A stretch of DNA of 10,377 nucleotides from a bacterium. Lineage in GTDB: Bacteria; Fidelibacterota; Marinisomatia; Marinisomatales; UBA1611. Position numbers and translations under genes: made by a program. The stretch's first letter is position 1. Every line of letters begins with the position of its first letter. The stretch spans positions 1 through 10,377 of the forward strand of contig JAYPIC010000061.1 of NCBI GenBank assembly GCA_038127595.1, in the 5' to 3' direction. The notes under the pieces are model-generated. The model saw nothing but the letters and a program-made list of their open reading frames with translations, made no database searches and was not told the DNA's origin. Of the stretch, positions 8,041-10,377 are shown piece after piece.

Positions 8041-8343
8041 ATGGCTCAAGATAGGGTATATATAAATCAATGTTCATTAAGAGAAAAAACATTTGATAAT
8101 GGTGGTAGTTTAATTAATGCTGCTTTTAAAGTAAGCGAATTGCAAGAGCATGCTGATGAAAATGGTTGGGTTAATATCGTTATTGCAAAAAGAAGAGAGG
8201 TATCTGAAAAAGGTGCTACTCATTATGCTTATAAAAGTGAATATCAAAGGCAAAATACTCAGCCGCAAGGACAGATATCCCCAGAACCATCTAATTTGCA
8301 GCCTACTTCAAATCCAATGGAGGATGATGACCTTCCATTTTAA
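8041..8343 (+). CDS. Hypothetical 100-aa protein with an SSB-like acidic C-terminal tail (putative non-canonical single-stranded DNA-binding protein)
   Basis: Good SD; compact roughly 68-aa beta-rich-looking domain (GWVNIVIAKRR...GATHYAY), Q/P/S/N-rich linker, terminal MEDDDLPF. Coding status is well supported; the function is inferred. Confidence 0.8.
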   Translation: MAQDRVYINQCSLREKTFDNGGSLINAAFKVSELQEHADENGWVNIVIAKRREVSEKGATHYAYKSEYQRQNTQPQGQISPEPSNLQPTSNPMEDDDLPF

Positions 8344-8362
8344 AAATTATTAGTTTTCTATA

Positions 8363-8788
8363 TTGAGCCAATATCTTCATAAAGCTATAACAATTGCTTG
8401 TGAGGCTCATCGAGGTCAGTTCAGCATTAATGGTGAACCATACATACTTCATCCTCTGAGATTGTTAATCAAGGCAGAAAGTAATGAGGAAAGAATAATT
8501 GCAGTTCTTCATGATGTCATCGAAAAAACTTATATCAGTTTAGCAGACCTAAAAAATAAAGGATTTGATCAAAATATTATTAGTTCCATTGATTCATTAA
8601 GCAGAAGAAGAAGTGAGTCCTATATTGAATATATAGAACGGCTAATGCAAAATAAAATTTCTGTTAAAATTAAACTACTTGATCTAGTTGACAATATAAA
8701 AATACACAGCGAAAACAATGATAATGGAATTTATGATGCAAAAATAATTCAATATAAACATGCCTTAAAACAAATCAGATCTAAATAA
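8363..8788 (+). CDS. Stand-alone HD-domain hydrolase, RelA/SpoT hydrolase (HD_4, small alarmone hydrolase / Mesh1-like) family
   Basis: AHRGQ....GEPYILHPLRL, AVLHDVIE, LSRR..ESY..YI.R, VKIKLLDLVDN; 141 aa with no synthetase domain; TTG start. Confidence 0.85.
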   Translation: MSQYLHKAITIACEAHRGQFSINGEPYILHPLRLLIKAESNEERIIAVLHDVIEKTYISLADLKNKGFDQNIISSIDSLSRRRSESYIEYIERLMQNKISVKIKLLDLVDNIKIHSENNDNGIYDAKIIQYKHALKQIRSK

Positions 8789-8870
8789 ACATTACTTTTA
8801 TAATTATTTGGTCTTATATTTTTTCTCCACCTGCCCTCAAAATTCAAACTCAAAAAGTTATAGTATTAAT

Positions 8871-9446
8871 ATGAAATTTTATGTTTTCGTGATTTTTATT
8901 TTCATTTATGGCTGCTCCTCCTCAGTCCCCAATGAGCATACGTTACAAATAGAATCGTTAAAAAGTGAATTGAATAAGACAAAAGCTATGGCTAAAGACG
9001 CTGTAGAACAAATATCAAGGTTAGAGAAAAAACTATCAAAGAGGATTACAATTACTGATAGTTTAATCGTTGAACATAAAAAAGAAACCTTGTTGCTTCG
9101 AGCATCAGATGCTTTTCAAAAAGGAAATTACGCCCTAGTTACAAAGAAATATGAAAATGCTATTAAATATTATAAAAAAACAATAGAGCTAAGGCCAAAC
9201 GATGCTCATGCGTATAACAATTTGGGTAATGTTTATAAAGAACTGAAAAATTATCCTCTAGCTATCATTGCATATCAAAATGCGATCATTTTAAAACCAG
9301 ATTATGCTAGTGCACATTATAATCTTGGTATAGTATACCAAAAGAGTAACAATTTTGACATTGCTTTGGAATCCTACAGAAAAGCTGCTCGCTTAGCTCA
9401 TGGAGGAGTTCAGAAATGGCTTAAAGATAGTGGGTATTACTGGTAA
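8871..9446 (+). CDS. TPR-repeat lipoprotein with N-terminal coiled coil (191 aa)
   Basis: ATG 8871 gives signal peptide II MKFYVFVIFIFIYG|C. Heptad-like region IESLKSELNKTK...ISRLEKKL follows. Three TPRs: AFQKG..YENAIKYYKKTIELRPND, AYNNLG..AYQNAIILKPDY, AHYNLG..ALESYRKAARL. Confidence 0.9.
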   Translation: MKFYVFVIFIFIYGCSSSVPNEHTLQIESLKSELNKTKAMAKDAVEQISRLEKKLSKRITITDSLIVEHKKETLLLRASDAFQKGNYALVTKKYENAIKYYKKTIELRPNDAHAYNNLGNVYKELKNYPLAIIAYQNAIILKPDYASAHYNLGIVYQKSNNFDIALESYRKAARLAHGGVQKWLKDSGYYW

Positions 9447-9455
9447 TAATTTTAG

Positions 9456-9911
9456 ATGAGTGGTATAGATACAAAAATAGAGCCACTTGTTGAGTTTTTA
9501 AACCAGTTAGATGGTATCATTACCATTGGCAGTTGTCAAGGCCATGATAATGGAGGCGATTCAGGTGAATGGGTTTATCCATATATTAAATTTAAATGCA
9601 CAAATAATCAGACTCTTGGATTTTTAGCATCACTGGAGGATGCCTACAAAAGTATTAATCAGCAAGCCGAATCAAAATATTTTGACTCGGCTTTAGCTTT
9701 TGAACCTGATTTAAATGGTGATTGGTGTATTGAGGTTGTAAAAAATATAGATTTTAATGATGAAAATATTGAGGATGAGTACGCTATGTATGTGCTTAGA
9801 GCGGATTTGCGCAGTTTTGATAAACCTTCTGAAATTTATGGTGATTTCAAAGAGATACTTAATTGGTATAAATATCAGTTCAAATTAATATACAAGAAAC
9901 CTGTTACTTAA
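9456..9911 (+). CDS. Hypothetical protein with TYW3-like N-terminal motif (ID..I.PLV..LN....T..SC.GH)
   Basis: GIDTKIEPLVEFLNQLDGIITIGSCQGH. Starts 9 bp after the TPR gene and its stop overlaps the next start. Family assignment is by recalled motif only. Confidence 0.75.
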   Translation: MSGIDTKIEPLVEFLNQLDGIITIGSCQGHDNGGDSGEWVYPYIKFKCTNNQTLGFLASLEDAYKSINQQAESKYFDSALAFEPDLNGDWCIEVVKNIDFNDENIEDEYAMYVLRADLRSFDKPSEIYGDFKEILNWYKYQFKLIYKKPVT

Positions 9912-10377
9912 TGAGTTTTATACTTTCAAAAGTATTAAAATCAGCTTTAATAATATTTATAGCAGTAATGACTACTCATGCAAATCAAAATACAAAACCA
10001 TCAAACTATGTTCAGCTAGTTGATCTTTTTCAGCGTTGGAGGGAGTTTGAAACACCACCAATTTCTAACGGAGCTCCAGATTATACTTCTAAACAGTTTG
10101 AATCAAGAAAAGAAAAATTTTTGTCTTTAGTTGACGAATTAGAAAATATTGATACGACAAACTGGACAACCTATTACAAAGTAGACATGCATATAGTCAA
10201 AGCAGAGATGAATGGCTATGATTTTAATTACAGGGTCTTGAGGCCTTGGGTTAGAGACCCAGCGTTTTATCAAACGATTTGGATGTATGAAAGTGATGTT
10301 CCAGCTCATGAGGGGCCTACAAATCACTCCCTTTTGGAATTTTGGCAATATGATTTTCCTTTAAAAAAGCAAGATGC
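9911..10377 (+). CDS. Secreted hypothetical protein, probably DUF885-like; 5' part only (runs off window end)
   Basis: ATG 9911 overlaps the upstream stop (TAATG) and is open for 155 codons to the edge: MSFILSKVLKSALIIFIAVMTTHA|NQNTKPSNYVQLVDLFQRWREFETPP...APDY...IDTTNW...AEMNGYDFNYRVLRPWVRDPAFY...SDVPAHEGP... A Sec signal peptide is predicted by eye. The DUF885 call rests on recalled similarity of the PW.RDP.FY segment. Confidence 0.85.
   Translation, partial: MSFILSKVLKSALIIFIAVMTTHANQNTKPSNYVQLVDLFQRWREFETPPISNGAPDYTSKQFESRKEKFLSLVDELENIDTTNWTTYYKVDMHIVKAEMNGYDFNYRVLRPWVRDPAFYQTIWMYESDVPAHEGPTNHSLLEFWQYDFPLKKQD

Noticed and set aside
8150..8353. 67-aa + strand ORF in an alternative frame
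   Set aside because: It lies almost wholly inside the DDDLPF-tail gene, which has the SD and a coherent architecture.
8004..8809. TATAATTATTT occurring at both 8004 and 8799, flanking the SSB-tail and HD genes, as a possible att site or target duplication
   Set aside because: Only 11 bp and all A/T; more simply two -10 boxes or chance; no recombinase nearby.
8808..8870. Upstream TTG extension of the TPR ORF
   Set aside because: The extension would bury the signal peptide; ATG 8871 gives a canonical MK-hydrophobic-lipobox start.
10139..10348. 69-aa minus-strand ORF
   Set aside because: It is antisense to the long open + strand frame from 9911, which has a signal peptide and a coupled start.
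1..10377. tRNA, rRNA, CRISPR array, riboswitch, IS element or recoded stop codons
   Set aside because: Intergenic gaps are about 110 bp or less and AT-rich, with no such structure apart from one terminator. Genes are full length under the standard bacterial code.

Overview
AT-rich bacterial chromosomal window, densely coding and almost all on the + strand. Protein style suggests a marine FCB-group organism such as Marinimicrobia, but this is an impression, not a result. From left to right: a partial minus-strand membrane-anchored/coiled-coil ORF (missed by the ORF track); two tiny membrane proteins; a very acidic Cys-rich lipoprotein followed by an intrinsic terminator; phosphoenolpyruvate carboxylase (ppc) and an MFS transporter; endonuclease III (nth, minus strand); a flavin oxidoreductase; a family-6 UDG hypoxanthine-DNA glycosylase; a 100-aa protein with an SSB-type DDDLPF tail; a stand-alone RelA/SpoT-type HD hydrolase; a coiled-coil/TPR lipoprotein; a protein with a TYW3-like N-terminal motif; and a partial secreted DUF885-like ORF (also missed by the track). 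No RNA genes, CRISPR arrays, transposases or integrases are visible. The best candidate for novelty is 5463-9911, where two base-excision glycosylases sit with a non-canonical SSB-tail protein, a motif-variant alarmone-hydrolase-like protein and a bacterial TYW3-like protein. Whether these form one system cannot be shown from this window.
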